The notes beneath the pieces are model-generated. The model did not search any database and was not told where the DNA came from. It worked only from the letters and a program-made list of their open reading frames with translations. Below are positions 53,362 through 63,742 of a stretch of 64,000 nt of DNA, piece by piece. Within the stretch, counting starts at the first letter, position 1; every line of letters begins with the position of its first letter. The DNA is from an uncultured Bacilli bacterium (GTDB lineage Bacteria; Bacillota_I; Bacilli_A; RF39; UBA660): the NCBI GenBank assembly GCA_947632595.1, contig CANRPY010000004.1:775-64774 (forward strand), given 5' to 3'. The translations under genes and the position numbers were made by a program.

Positions 53362-54668
53362 TCTTCGTCTCCATTTCTATTCTTAAATTGTAAGGTAATC
53401 GGAGTTCCTTCAAAATCAAAGTTTTCTCTAATCTTATTTTCTAGATATCTTTCATAAGAAAAATGAACTAGTCCTTTGTTGTTAACACGGAATGTAAATT
53501 TAGGAGGTTTTACTCCTGTTTGAGAAGTAAAGTAAATTTTTAATCTTTTTCCTTTATAAGTAGGAGGTAGATTTAATTGGTAAGAATCTTGAATGACTTC
53601 GTTTAAGACACTTGTTTTTACTTCTCTTTTGATATTTTCTTTTACTTTTACAATTTCAGGCATTAGGGTATGAATTCTTTTCTTTGTTAAAGCACTTAAG
53701 AATACGATTGGTGCATAGGGGGCAAATTGGAATTCTGCTCGCATTTCTTTTTCGAATTCTTGAATGGTTTTTTCTTTTACGGTATCCCATTTATTAACTA
53801 CAAAGATAAGTCCTTTTCCTCTTTCAATGGCATATCCTGCGATATGTTTATCATGTTCTAGGATTCCTTCTTCTGCATTGATGACTACTAAACAAATATC
53901 TGATCGATCAATGGATTTTAGAGAACGGAATAAGCTATATTTTTCAATACTTTCAAAGACTCTTCCTTTTTTTCTCATTCCGGCGGTATCAATTACTACA
54001 AATTCTTCGTCTTGATATTTCAAGATACAATCAATGGAGTCTCTTGTTGTTCCTGCAATATTGGATACTACGACTCTTTCTTCTTGTAGAAGGGCATTTG
54101 TTAGAGAACTTTTTCCTACATTTGGTCTACCGATAATTGAGAATTTTACTCTCGTATCTTCTTGTTCTTCTGTTTCTTTAAAATTCATGGTAACGGCATC
54201 CATTAATTCAATATAGCCGGTATTATGAATTCCACTTATTGGAATATAAGTATCAAAACCTAATTCATAGAAATCATATAGATTATCTTGAGCATCTTTT
54301 ACATCTATCTTGTTGATTGCTACAATTACTTTTTTATTTGTTTTTCTTAAGATTTCTTTTATGATATTATCATTGGATGTTAATCCTTCTTTTCCGTCTA
54401 CAACAAAGACAACGACATCTGCTTCTTCGATTGCGATTTCTGCTTGCATTTTAATTTCTGTGTTAAAATCCATTTTTGTGGCATCAATTCCACCTGTATC
54501 AATTAAATAAAATCTTTTGTTTTTGTAGGATGCTTCTTGATAGATACGATCTCTTGTTACGCCAGGTACATCTTCTATAATAGAAATTTGTTTTCCTACA
54601 ATTTTATTAAATAAAGTAGATTTCCCTACATTTGGTCTACCTACTAGGGCAACCGTTGGTAATTTCAT
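53358..54668 (-). CDS. der: ribosome biogenesis GTPase Der (EngA)
   Basis: It has two tandem GTPase domains (GRPNVGKSTLFN and GRPNVGKSSLTN) plus a KH-like C-terminus. Confidence 0.95.
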   Translation of the reverse strand: MKLPTVALVGRPNVGKSTLFNKIVGKQISIIEDVPGVTRDRIYQEASYKNKRFYLIDTGGIDATKMDFNTEIKMQAEIAIEEADVVVFVVDGKEGLTSNDNIIKEILRKTNKKVIVAINKIDVKDAQDNLYDFYELGFDTYIPISGIHNTGYIELMDAVTMNFKETEEQEDTRVKFSIIGRPNVGKSSLTNALLQEERVVVSNIAGTTRDSIDCILKYQDEEFVVIDTAGMRKKGRVFESIEKYSLFRSLKSIDRSDICLVVINAEEGILEHDKHIAGYAIERGKGLIFVVNKWDTVKEKTIQEFEKEMRAEFQFAPYAPIVFLSALTKKRIHTLMPEIVKVKENIKREVKTSVLNEVIQDSYQLNLPPTYKGKRLKIYFTSQTGVKPPKFTFRVNNKGLVHFSYERYLENKIRENFDFEGTPITLQFKNRNGDEE

Positions 54669-54785
54669 AGTATCCCCTCCAATTCACGAATATTATAGCA
54701 TACTGTTGTCAAATTTAAAAGAAAAATTGTTTTCCCCAAATATTTCCTAAAAATAGTGATATAATTTGTATAAGAGGGTGATTTG

Positions 54786-55574
54786 ATGTCAGAAAAAAAA
54801 TGTAAATGGTATGAAAATGGGAATGTGATTACAACTATTTTAATTTTTACCATATTGGCGGCTATTGTGTGTAGTCAGTCTATGATTGGAGGAGGTGGGT
54901 CTTTCTCTATTTTCTCTAGTGTTTTAAATCATAATGCTTTGTATTTTATTGTACTTGTGTACTTTGTTCTTTTAAAGACAAAGTGGGGGAAAAAGTACTT
55001 TGATTATTTGAATGTATTTTTAGTAGCTTTATACTTTGTTTCTATTATTACTTCTTTGCTTACTTTGATTCAGTCTTTTTCTCTTAATACGATTTTAGAG
55101 TTTTTAATGAGTGTTTTGCTTTTTGTTTATTTATTCCATACTATGTTTCGAGATACTAGAATTTGGAAGGAGTACTCTTTAAGTAATTCTCCTTTTAATG
55201 AGATTACGAATGATATGTTTTACTATACCATCTGTGTTTTGGTTGTTGTTGAACTTGTTGTTAGTCTTATTTTTACCGTTGCTGTTGCGGGAGTTTTCCT
55301 TTCTATTTTAGATGCTTTTTACTTATTACTATTTGGAAGATATATTTATCTTTACCGAGATTATTTAGATTCTCATGAGATTGATTCTCATAATAAGGGA
55401 AATTTTGATGACATAAAAGAGAGTATTTCTCAACAAGTAGATGAAATCAAAGATAAAGTAGATGAGGTTCTTGATCATACTAAGATAGATGATACTATTG
55501 TTGATACAGTAAAAAAGATTAAAAAAGAGGTTGTAAAAGATAAGGAGAATCATAAGAAAGGAGAGAATTCATAA
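54786..55574 (+). CDS. polytopic membrane protein with an acidic C-terminal tail, unknown function
   Basis: It has about 6 hydrophobic segments. The ATG at 54786 follows GAGGGTGA. Confidence 0.5.
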   Translation: MSEKKCKWYENGNVITTILIFTILAAIVCSQSMIGGGGSFSIFSSVLNHNALYFIVLVYFVLLKTKWGKKYFDYLNVFLVALYFVSIITSLLTLIQSFSLNTILEFLMSVLLFVYLFHTMFRDTRIWKEYSLSNSPFNEITNDMFYYTICVLVVVELVVSLIFTVAVAGVFLSILDAFYLLLFGRYIYLYRDYLDSHEIDSHNKGNFDDIKESISQQVDEIKDKVDEVLDHTKIDDTIVDTVKKIKKEVVKDKENHKKGENS

Positions 55575-55918
55575 TGGACTTTTTTGATGAGATTTCGAAA
55601 GCAAAGAAAGATCTTCCTAAGGGAAAAGCAGTAAGAGATGAATTCCAAAAATATCGTTTTAATTTCTATCAGATTTTTGCCATTGTTTTATTTGTTGTTT
55701 TATTCTTCTTAGGAATCTTTTTAGGAAACTTATTTGCTACTTGTAAAGCTTCTACTTATTTTTATTCTGATGAGTGTTTGGTTACGGAATTTAACTTTGC
55801 GGTTATGATTATGGTATGGTTTATTGGAGCACTTATTTCACTTTTTATCTTTGCAATAGGACATATTATTGAAATATTAAGAAATATAGACGAAAAACTT
55901 AGTAAATTTCGGTTATAG
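55574..55918 (+). CDS. small membrane protein (2 TM), unknown function
   Basis: Its start overlaps the upstream stop (TAATG). Two hydrophobic segments are present. Confidence 0.5.
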   Translation: MDFFDEISKAKKDLPKGKAVRDEFQKYRFNFYQIFAIVLFVVLFFLGIFLGNLFATCKASTYFYSDECLVTEFNFAVMIMVWFIGALISLFIFAIGHIIEILRNIDEKLSKFRL

Positions 55919-56001
55919 TTCTTGCATTTTAAATGGATTCATGGTAATTTTAATATGTAAGCATAACATGTGCTTAGTAAATTATAGGGAGGTATAATAT
56001 T

Positions 56002-56274
56002 ATGAAGAAAGTTGAATTAGTAGAAGCCGTTGCTGCTGCAACTGGATTAACAAAAGCTGATTCTACAAGAGCTATTGATGCTACTTTTGCTGCTATTACT
56101 GAAGCATTAGTAAAAGGAGATAAAGTTCCTCTAGTTGGATTTGGTACTTTTGGAGTATCTAAGAGAGCTGCTCGTGAAGGACGTAATCCAAGAACTGGTG
56201 AAACAGTAAAAATAGCTGCAAGAAAAGCTGTTACTTTCAAAGCAGGATCTGCTTTAAAAGACGCTGTAAACTAA
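56002..56274 (+). CDS. hup: DNA-binding protein HU
   Basis: MKKVELVEAVAAATGLTKADSTRAIDATF...GFGTFGVSKRAAREGRNPRTGETVKIAA shows full-length HU similarity. Confidence 0.95.
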   Translation: MKKVELVEAVAAATGLTKADSTRAIDATFAAITEALVKGDKVPLVGFGTFGVSKRAAREGRNPRTGETVKIAARKAVTFKAGSALKDAVN

Positions 56275-56288
56275 GATTAGTTTCTTCA

Positions 56289-56319
56289 AAAGAACCTGAA
56301 AAACAGGTTCTTTTCTTTT
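56289..56319 (+). terminator. rho-independent terminator after hup
   Basis: Hairpin AAGAACCTG-loop-CAGGTTCTT with a T-rich tail. Confidence 0.8.
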
Positions 56320-56353
56320 GTTTTATGATATAATTTTTTTAGGTGGTGATTCC

Positions 56354-57451
56354 ATGCTAGATACGGCTTTAAAATTACTTCGAGAGTTTTCTTCTCATTC
56401 TTATAAAGCCTATATTGTAGGGGGATTTGTTAGGGATTATATTTTAGGTATTAAGTCTAATGATATTGATATTACTACAGATGCGAAACCTAAAGAAATT
56501 AAAGAAATCTTTGAAGATAGTTGTTTACCGAATGATGATTATGGATCCGTAACGGTTATTTCAAAAGGAATTCGTTTTGAAATCACTACATTTCGTGAAG
56601 AAAAGGAATATGAAGATCATCGTAGACCTTCTGTTATTCAATATATTGATGATTTATATCCTGATTTACTAAGAAGAGATTTTGTTATTAATACTTTGTG
56701 TATGGATGAAGAGGGTAAGATTATTGACTATTTGGGTGGTCAAAAAGATATTGAAGATAGAATCATTCGAACGGTAGGGGATGCGAAAGAGAAGTTTAGT
56801 GATGATAGTCTTCGAATTCTTCGTGCTATACGTTTTGCGACGATTCTTGATTTTCAATTAAGTGATGAGATTGAACAAGCTATTTTTGAGACAAAGGGAT
56901 TTGTTAGAGAATTGTCTTATCAAAGAAAAAAGGAAGAGGTTGAAAAAATCTTTAATAGTCCTAATCGGGACAAGGGAATTCAATTGTTATTAAAGTTTGG
57001 TCTTGATCAAGAATTAGAGATTGAACACTTAGAAGATGTGATTGGTCGTGATATGGATAGTTCTCTTGTTGTATGGAGTCAATTAGAGGTTTCTCCAAAG
57101 TATCCTTTTCATAAAAATGAAATGGAAATGATTCATCATATTCAAAAAGCAATGGAACTTAATAATTTAGATCCTATGGCTTTATATACTTATGGATTGT
57201 ATGTCAATAGTTGTGCCGGTAAGATGAAGGATGTCGATGTGAAAAAAATCACTGAGAGTTACGCTAATTTAGTGATTAAGAGTCGTGATGAGATTGCCAT
57301 TACTTCTTTACAGATTATGGAGTTACTTCATCGTGGTTCTGGTAAATATTTAAAAGAGATATATGACGATGTTGAAAGAGAAATTTTATATCGTAGACTT
57401 CCTAATGAGTTGGATTCTATTTCTCAATATATTGTTGAACATTATGCATAG
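56354..57451 (+). CDS. cca: CCA-adding tRNA nucleotidyltransferase
   Basis: It carries IVGGFVRDYILG, NDIDITT and the RRDFVIN blocks of class II nucleotidyltransferases. The ATG at 56354 follows AGGTGGTGA. Confidence 0.85.
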   Translation: MLDTALKLLREFSSHSYKAYIVGGFVRDYILGIKSNDIDITTDAKPKEIKEIFEDSCLPNDDYGSVTVISKGIRFEITTFREEKEYEDHRRPSVIQYIDDLYPDLLRRDFVINTLCMDEEGKIIDYLGGQKDIEDRIIRTVGDAKEKFSDDSLRILRAIRFATILDFQLSDEIEQAIFETKGFVRELSYQRKKEEVEKIFNSPNRDKGIQLLLKFGLDQELEIEHLEDVIGRDMDSSLVVWSQLEVSPKYPFHKNEMEMIHHIQKAMELNNLDPMALYTYGLYVNSCAGKMKDVDVKKITESYANLVIKSRDEIAITSLQIMELLHRGSGKYLKEIYDDVEREILYRRLPNELDSISQYIVEHYA

Positions 57452-57453
57452 GG

Positions 57454-58686
57454 GTGATGCTTGTGAAAAAAGTGTTTTGTAGTTTTCTTGTTTTTGTTTT
57501 TCTTTTTACAGGAATTTGTGTTTCTGCCGAAACTCATTCCAAAGAAGAATTAATTCCTATTCAAGAGAGTGCTACTGTAGAGTCTGATTCTTTTACTTAT
57601 CAAGGGATGTCTTATTCTTCTGATGGTCGTGGAAAGTTTCTTTTTCAAGCAATTACTAATAAAACAGATAAGAAATTACCTGTAAGTATTGATTTATTAT
57701 TGTTTGATCAAAATAAGAAAAATATCGGGTTTGTTACGTATTGTACGGAACAAGATTATGGTGGAGAATATTCCTTATTTACTTTGAAAGCAAAAGAGTC
57801 TACTCCTTTTTCTATTTCTCTTTCTGAGAAGTATTTTGTAGAAGGAAAAAGTGCTAGTGATCTTTCTTATTATGCTGTTTTAGATGAAAATCCTTATTGT
57901 AAGATTGGGGGATATGATAAGTATTCTGGTCTTACGATAGAAGAGATTGTCAATGGAACGGTTACTGTTGATGGAGAAGAGGTTTCTCCTTTCCAATTTC
58001 CTATTACGATTGAAGTAGATATGAAACTTATTATGATTGTTTTAGGAGCTGTTTTCTTTGCTTTCTTTGTACAAGGGTTATTTTTAAATGCTCTTCATAA
58101 GAGAATGTATTTTCAATCGACTATTTTATCTTTCTTACCTTATTCTTGTAATTATATTGCGGTTAAACTTGCTTTTGGACAAAAAGTAGGGAATATTTAT
58201 AAGTATATCTTGATTGGTTCTATTTTTCTTGCTTTTGTACCGATTTTGAATATGATTTCTATCCTTATTTCTTTTGTTTCTGGGATTGCTTATATTCTAG
58301 ATCTTGTGAAACTCGTTTCTAAGAATTATCATTTATTTGTAATTGGGGAAGAATTGATTCAGAGTCCTCCTCCTTTGGAGCAGAAGGTAGAGGCTGGATT
58401 CCGTTTGCCAGATAGACCAACGACTCCTCCTGTTAGTGAACCAGTGACTAGCCCTGTAACGGAGCCTGTAACTTCTCCTATGACAGAAGCTGTTGGGGAA
58501 CCAGTAGAAGTGTCTACTACTCCTATGAATCAAGATTTGAATTCTGAATCTGATAATTTTCAATTTGATTTGGATGACTTTTCTGATATGCAACAAGCAG
58601 AGCCTGTTAGTACCTCAGAAGAGAATCCTACTACGATTCCTAATCAAAAAGAGGGAGAATCGGAACTTATGGATCTATTTAAGTAG
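57454..58686 (+). CDS. membrane protein: signal peptide, ~190-aa extracytoplasmic domain, 4 TM and a Pro/Thr/Val-rich tail, unknown function
   Basis: The signal peptide ends ...GICVSAET. The tail contains PVSEPVTSPVTEPVTSPMTEAVGEPVEV. The true start may be the GTG at 57463. Confidence 0.5.
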   Translation: MMLVKKVFCSFLVFVFLFTGICVSAETHSKEELIPIQESATVESDSFTYQGMSYSSDGRGKFLFQAITNKTDKKLPVSIDLLLFDQNKKNIGFVTYCTEQDYGGEYSLFTLKAKESTPFSISLSEKYFVEGKSASDLSYYAVLDENPYCKIGGYDKYSGLTIEEIVNGTVTVDGEEVSPFQFPITIEVDMKLIMIVLGAVFFAFFVQGLFLNALHKRMYFQSTILSFLPYSCNYIAVKLAFGQKVGNIYKYILIGSIFLAFVPILNMISILISFVSGIAYILDLVKLVSKNYHLFVIGEELIQSPPPLEQKVEAGFRLPDRPTTPPVSEPVTSPVTEPVTSPMTEAVGEPVEVSTTPMNQDLNSESDNFQFDLDDFSDMQQAEPVSTSEENPTTIPNQKEGESELMDLFK

Positions 58687-58751
58687 ATTCTTTCTTTTTG
58701 CTTTCGAGTCTAGATTGTGATAAACTATAGTTAATTTAGGAGGCGATTGGT

Positions 58752-59477
58752 TTGAAAAGTTCAAAGTTAATTGAAATTTTTAAAGATAATCCTATTGTTA
58801 TCCCTAGGTATTTACTGAAGAATTATAAAGAATTTAAATTGGATTTAAATGAATTTCTTTATTTAATGTATTTATATAATAAAGGGGATCGGTGTGCATT
58901 TGATCCAAATTGTTTTGCACAAGACTTAAGTCTTGAACTTACGGATGTTATGAACCTTACGAGTTCTCTTACGGATAAGGGGTTTATGAGAGTAGAGGTT
59001 GAGAAAAATGAAAAGGGGTATATGGAAGAGGTTGTTTTACTTGATGGCTTTTATAATAAGTTAAAGATGTTTGTCATTGGGGATGTTACAGAACAAGAGG
59101 ACCAAGAGAAGGATAACTCTAATATATATAATGAGATTCAAATGGAATTTGGTCGTATGTTAAGTGAAATGGAGTATGAGATTATTCATGCTTGGTTTGA
59201 GAATCACTTTAGTGAGGATTTGATTCGAGAGGCTTTAAAAGAAGCTGTTCAAAATGGGGTTTCTAATTTAAAATATATGGATAAAATCTTATATGAATGG
59301 AGTAAGAAAGGGATTACTACTGTTCAAGATGTTGAGGCTAATAGAAGAAAAAGAAATGCTAGTATTGAGAAGAAAAAGGCTTCTAATGGGGACCTTGCTA
59401 TTCAATCTGATGTAGATGTTGATCTTGTGATGGATTGGAATTGGTTTGATGGAGATGGTGGAGATGACGACGAATAG
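58752..59477 (+). CDS. dnaD: DnaD-domain replication initiation / membrane attachment protein
   Basis: The TTG start follows AGGAGG. The DnaD C-terminal domain is EFGRMLSEMEYEIIHAWFE...NLKYMDKILYEWSKKGITT. It is followed by nth, as in Bacillus. Confidence 0.8.
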   Translation: MKSSKLIEIFKDNPIVIPRYLLKNYKEFKLDLNEFLYLMYLYNKGDRCAFDPNCFAQDLSLELTDVMNLTSSLTDKGFMRVEVEKNEKGYMEEVVLLDGFYNKLKMFVIGDVTEQEDQEKDNSNIYNEIQMEFGRMLSEMEYEIIHAWFENHFSEDLIREALKEAVQNGVSNLKYMDKILYEWSKKGITTVQDVEANRRKRNASIEKKKASNGDLAIQSDVDVDLVMDWNWFDGDGGDDDE

Positions 59478-60102
59478 GATAGGAGAATATCTTGATTCTT
59501 TGTTTCCTAATCCTAAGTGTGAATTAATCTACCATAATGATTATGAATTATTACTTTGTATTGTGCTTAGTGCACAGACTACGGATAAAAGGGTTAATTC
59601 GGTTACGCCTTCTTTATTTTCAAAATATCCTAGTCTAAGGGATTTAGGGAATGCTCCTATTGAAGATTTAGAGATTATTTTAAAACCAATTGGTTCTTTT
59701 CGAAAGAAAGCTCTTTATGTGAAGGAAATTTCGAAAATATTAGATGATCAATATGGTGGGGTTGTTCCAAAGGATAGAGAATTATTATCTAAGCTTCCTG
59801 GTGTTGGGAGAAAAACGATTAATGTCTTTCTTAGTGAATTTTATCAGGAACCTGCTTTTGGAGTTGATACCCATGTGGAAAGAGTCTCTAAACGTTTACG
59901 TCTTGCTTATTTAGGAGATGATGTCCTTACGGTAGAGAAGAAGCTTATGCGGAAGTTTCCTAAGGAGGAATGGGGTAGAAGACACCTACAATTTGTTTTA
60001 TTTGGAAGATATTATTGTAAGGCTCTTTCTCCAGAATGTAGAGATTGTCCTTTAAAAGATCTTTGTCGAGAGAAAAAACTGCAACAAAAAAAGATTCGTT
60101 AA
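59464..60102 (+). CDS. nth: endonuclease III
   Basis: It carries the HhH motif LPGVGRKT, the catalytic region GVDTHV, and a 4Fe-4S ligand pattern C-x6-C-x2-C-x5-C (CKALSPECRDCPLKDLC). Confidence 0.9.
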   Translation: MTTNRIGEYLDSLFPNPKCELIYHNDYELLLCIVLSAQTTDKRVNSVTPSLFSKYPSLRDLGNAPIEDLEIILKPIGSFRKKALYVKEISKILDDQYGGVVPKDRELLSKLPGVGRKTINVFLSEFYQEPAFGVDTHVERVSKRLRLAYLGDDVLTVEKKLMRKFPKEEWGRRHLQFVLFGRYYCKALSPECRDCPLKDLCREKKLQQKKIR

Positions 60103-60119
60103 TTTAACGAATCTTTTCT
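60085..60119. terminator. bidirectional terminator between nth and ponA
   Basis: Hairpin AAGATTCGT-loop-ACGAATCTT flanked by A- and T-runs. Confidence 0.75.
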
Positions 60120-62870
60120 TTATCTACAAGTTTTTGTTCTTGAGTCATACTTCTTTGAAGGATCTGTACAGACACATTCATTTTTTGTAGAATCTAATGG
60201 TGCTTCTGGTGGACAACTTGGTATTGGTACTTCTTCTTCAATTGTTGCGGTTGCTTCATAACTTTGAACTTCACTACTATTTTTATAAGTTGCGATTACC
60301 TTATATGTACCATATACTCCATCTGTTGGAGAGTATGTATATGTTGTCTTATCTGTCCAGTCCACTAGGACTCCATCTTTATAAATGTTATAACCAAATT
60401 TACCATATGATGAGTTTCCAATTGATCCTGGATTTACTGCTGACCAAGATAGGGTAACTCTGCTTCCTGAATTGGTTGCTTTAAAGTTTGCAGGAGCTGG
60501 TAATTTATAATTTCCAATGTAATATTCTGTAGGCTCATATCCTTTTTTGAAATATTCATAGATAGCATCTGTTCCTGGGATTGCAAGTTTTGCAGGATTA
60601 CTTCCAGGAGCGACTGCGATTTGTACCACGCTTGATGGTTGTTTAAAGGCTTCTCGGTTGCTTTCCATTGCACCAGAAGATACGTATGCATTAAATAGTA
60701 TATCTTTGGCAATGGTTGCTGGTATATTATGTAGGATATATCCTTGTTGAATTTGTTCTTTGGTTAGGCTATCATATCCATACCACATACCAATTACTGT
60801 TTTTGTTGAATATCCTACTACCCAAGAATCTCTTACGGCATCCCAAGGCATGTCGTAATTATCCATTGTAACATCATCGTAGTTTGTTGTTCCTGTTTTT
60901 GCTGCAACATTCTTTGGTGTTCCACCACTTAAACTAACATCTTGTAGAACACTGGAAATCATGAATGCTGTAGAATCGGACATTACTTGTCTTCTCTTTG
61001 TTTTATATTCTACTTCTTCTCCTGTTTGACGATAAACAAACTTATTAACGGCATGTGGTTCATTATAATATCCACCATTTGAGAATGCTGCATAGGCAGC
61101 TGCCATTTGAAGAGGTGATACACCGGTGAAGGCTCCGATTGAGTGTGCTTCGTGGATGGTATATGGTTCATGTGTATCTGTTGCATTTTTGGCATTTACA
61201 CATTTATCGGAATCGTAATCGTAATCATAACCGTCTGCACAAATTTCTGGTTCGATTCCAAGGCCAGTTACAAATTTTCTTCTCTTAGTATCATCTACTT
61301 GTTGGAATGCTTTTAAAGCTGGAATGTTACGTGATTGTGATAGAGCAGTTCTTAACGTAATCGTTCCAAAGTATCCACCATCCCAGTTTTTAATAGATCT
61401 TCCATTTGAGTAAGAATATGGAGCATCATCAAAGATTTGGTATGTTGACCAGTTATTGAATTCCATTCCTGGTCCGTAATCAAATAGTGGTTTTGCGGTT
61501 GATCCTGGTTGTCTTCTGATATCGGTTGCGAAATTGAATTGGTCGATGGTTCCATTTGTTCTAGAATGTGTATTTCTACCATTTCCGATTGCCCATACTT
61601 TTCCTGTTTCAGAATCTAGTACGGCAACACCAGATTGTACTAAATCATCTTTCCAATCATAGGTTTCTCCATTTAATACCGCATTTACTCCATTTTGTCT
61701 TGTTCTATCTAAGTTTGTATATACAAGCATTGGTGTTGTATATGGATTTACATTAAATCTATCTTTTAATTCATCTACTACGTAGTCAATATATCCTTGG
61801 TAAACATTGTCGGATTCAAAACGAGCACTTGCCGTTAATGTTTCAATAGGAATTGCGTTTGCGATTGCTTCTTCTTCTTTGGTAATATAACCATGTCTTC
61901 TCATTAATCCTAAAACAGTTTTTCTTCTTGCTGCTGCTGCTTCTGGATTTGTTGTTGGTCGATAAGCATTTGGAGATTTGAACATTCCGGCAATAATGGC
62001 TGCTTCACTTAAGTTTAAGTCTGTTACTGATTTTCCAAAGTAGGCCATAGATGCTTCTTGTACTCCGTAAGTTGTTCCTCCTAGGAAGTGGTTATTTACG
62101 TAGAACTCTATGATTTCTTCTTTTGAATATTCTTTTTCTAGTTTAAATACTGCTAGATAGATATCTTCAAATTTACGAGTAATTCCTTCTATACCATGAG
62201 TTTTTTCTCCATATTTATCGGTAAAACTATTTTTTACAACTTGCATGGTAAGAGTGGAAGCACCACCGGCACCTCTATCTCCTGCTACTTGACCAATAGA
62301 TGCTTTTAAGAAACGTGGAGCATCAAAACCATTGTGTTGATAAAATCTTGAATCCTCTGTTGCGATGATGGCATCTACTAATACTTCAGGAAGTTGTTCA
62401 TATTTTACTTTTTCACGATTTTCTTCTCCGATTTTAGCAAATTCATTTCCATCTTTATCGAACATTCTTGATACTTCAATGGTATTTAATTTTGCTTCTT
62501 CATATTTTGGATCTGCTTGTGTTTTTACATAAATCATAAAGACTGAGAATCCACATAATCCTATAATTCCAATGATTAAGCAGAAAATTAATAGTAACGT
62601 TATAATTTTCTTTCTTCTACTCTTGCTCTTTACTCTTCCTAGTAAGAATCCTATTCCATATAGGATAAAAAGTAATAGGGCAACAACAATTGTTAATTTT
62701 AATCCTAAAAAAGCATAACTTGCTAGAATAATTAGGACTGCAATTGCGATTAAGATAAAAGCAAGCCCATTATTTCTTCTTGACGCAGGTGACTTTGTTC
62801 TTCTTGTTTTTGGACTAGAACTCGTTTTTGTCTTTGCTTTGGTTTTTGTTTTCTTTTCATTCTTTTGCAT
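60120..62870 (-). CDS. ponA: class A penicillin-binding protein (PBP1A/1B type) with C-terminal FN3-like domain and Cys-rich tail
   Basis: The glycosyltransferase motifs are ATEDSRFYQHNGFD and GASTLTMQ. The transpeptidase motifs are STAK (SxxK), SRN and KTGT. The FN3-like region is PAPANFKATNSGSRVTLSW. The tail is CPPEAPLDSTKNECVCTDPSKKYDSRTKTCR. Confidence 0.9.
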   Translation of the reverse strand: MQKNEKKTKTKAKTKTSSSPKTRRTKSPASRRNNGLAFILIAIAVLIILASYAFLGLKLTIVVALLLFILYGIGFLLGRVKSKSRRKKIITLLLIFCLIIGIIGLCGFSVFMIYVKTQADPKYEEAKLNTIEVSRMFDKDGNEFAKIGEENREKVKYEQLPEVLVDAIIATEDSRFYQHNGFDAPRFLKASIGQVAGDRGAGGASTLTMQVVKNSFTDKYGEKTHGIEGITRKFEDIYLAVFKLEKEYSKEEIIEFYVNNHFLGGTTYGVQEASMAYFGKSVTDLNLSEAAIIAGMFKSPNAYRPTTNPEAAAARRKTVLGLMRRHGYITKEEEAIANAIPIETLTASARFESDNVYQGYIDYVVDELKDRFNVNPYTTPMLVYTNLDRTRQNGVNAVLNGETYDWKDDLVQSGVAVLDSETGKVWAIGNGRNTHSRTNGTIDQFNFATDIRRQPGSTAKPLFDYGPGMEFNNWSTYQIFDDAPYSYSNGRSIKNWDGGYFGTITLRTALSQSRNIPALKAFQQVDDTKRRKFVTGLGIEPEICADGYDYDYDSDKCVNAKNATDTHEPYTIHEAHSIGAFTGVSPLQMAAAYAAFSNGGYYNEPHAVNKFVYRQTGEEVEYKTKRRQVMSDSTAFMISSVLQDVSLSGGTPKNVAAKTGTTNYDDVTMDNYDMPWDAVRDSWVVGYSTKTVIGMWYGYDSLTKEQIQQGYILHNIPATIAKDILFNAYVSSGAMESNREAFKQPSSVVQIAVAPGSNPAKLAIPGTDAIYEYFKKGYEPTEYYIGNYKLPAPANFKATNSGSRVTLSWSAVNPGSIGNSSYGKFGYNIYKDGVLVDWTDKTTYTYSPTDGVYGTYKVIATYKNSSEVQSYEATATIEEEVPIPSCPPEAPLDSTKNECVCTDPSKKYDSRTKTCR

Positions 62871-63451
62871 TATTTTTTACCTCCCATTAATTCGTCTACT
62901 ATTTTTAAATAGTCTACTCTTGGTCTGTATCCATCTCTTATTAGATAGGCCTCTTCTCGAAAGAAGTCTATTGGAATCGATTTTTTATTTGTTTTTTCTA
63001 GATATTCAAGGAATTTACTAATTGTTAGTAAATAGGTTTCTCCTAGCATTGTGAACCGAATGATTAAAAAAGCAATTCCTTCATGTCTATTGATATTTTT
63101 CAAATGTTCTATTTGATGGGGATGAATATTGGTAATGGCAAAGGAAGTTCTGCTCTGTGTTTCTTTTGCTTCAAAGTCAATGTATTTTCCATGGTAAAGT
63201 CCATTATAATCTGTTGTAGATGGAATTGTGAAATAAGCTTCTTTAATAACCGTTTTGTCTCTAGATGGGTAATCTACTTTGACAATCTTGATTGGTGTTG
63301 GTTTTTTGTAGATGTATGCTTTATCTATTTCTCTATAATATTCATTCGTTATATTTAATTCATATTCTAGAGTCATACCTCTATTTTTATGGCTTATTTT
63401 TACATCATTTTTTAATTCTTCTCTTTTTTTTATGCCATTAGGATAGTTCAT
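62870..63451 (-). CDS. recU: Holliday junction resolvase RecU
   Basis: It shows the RecU pattern (GMTLEYELNITNEYY...IYKKPTPIKIVKVDY). Its stop overlaps the ponA start by 1 nt (TAATG), matching the recU-ponA arrangement of Bacillus. Confidence 0.9.
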   Translation of the reverse strand: MNYPNGIKKREELKNDVKISHKNRGMTLEYELNITNEYYREIDKAYIYKKPTPIKIVKVDYPSRDKTVIKEAYFTIPSTTDYNGLYHGKYIDFEAKETQSRTSFAITNIHPHQIEHLKNINRHEGIAFLIIRFTMLGETYLLTISKFLEYLEKTNKKSIPIDFFREEAYLIRDGYRPRVDYLKIVDELMGGKK

Positions 63452-63742
63452 TTCATCACCTATCTTTCATTATACTATATAATGGTTATTTTTTCTACAT
63501 ATTTTTCAATGTATTTTCTAATCTTCTTTTGTCGTTTTTAAGATTTTTTTTGAAAAGTATATTAAGATATTTTGTGGTGATTTTATGAATTTTTTAGAGA
63601 TTAGTAAAATTCTTAATAAAATGATTGATAATACAACAATGGTTATGATAGACTTAGAAGTAACTCATTTATTGGGTGGACTATCAATTGACAAAAATAG
63701 TCATTAATGCCATAATATTAATGTAAGGGATTGGTGATTATC

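Noticed and set aside
55974-56240. An 88-aa minus-strand ORF lies antisense to hup.
   Set aside because: The + strand encodes an unmistakable HU protein, so the antisense ORF is a by-product of Ala/Gly/Thr-rich coding sequence.
63585-63707. A 40-aa ORF (MNFLEISKILNKMIDNTTMVMIDLEVTHLLGGLSIDKNSH) with a GGTGA RBS lies between recU and gpsB.
   Set aside because: It is very short, has no recognisable motif, and overlaps the TTGACA-17-CATAAT promoter of gpsB. It cannot be supported without conservation or expression data.
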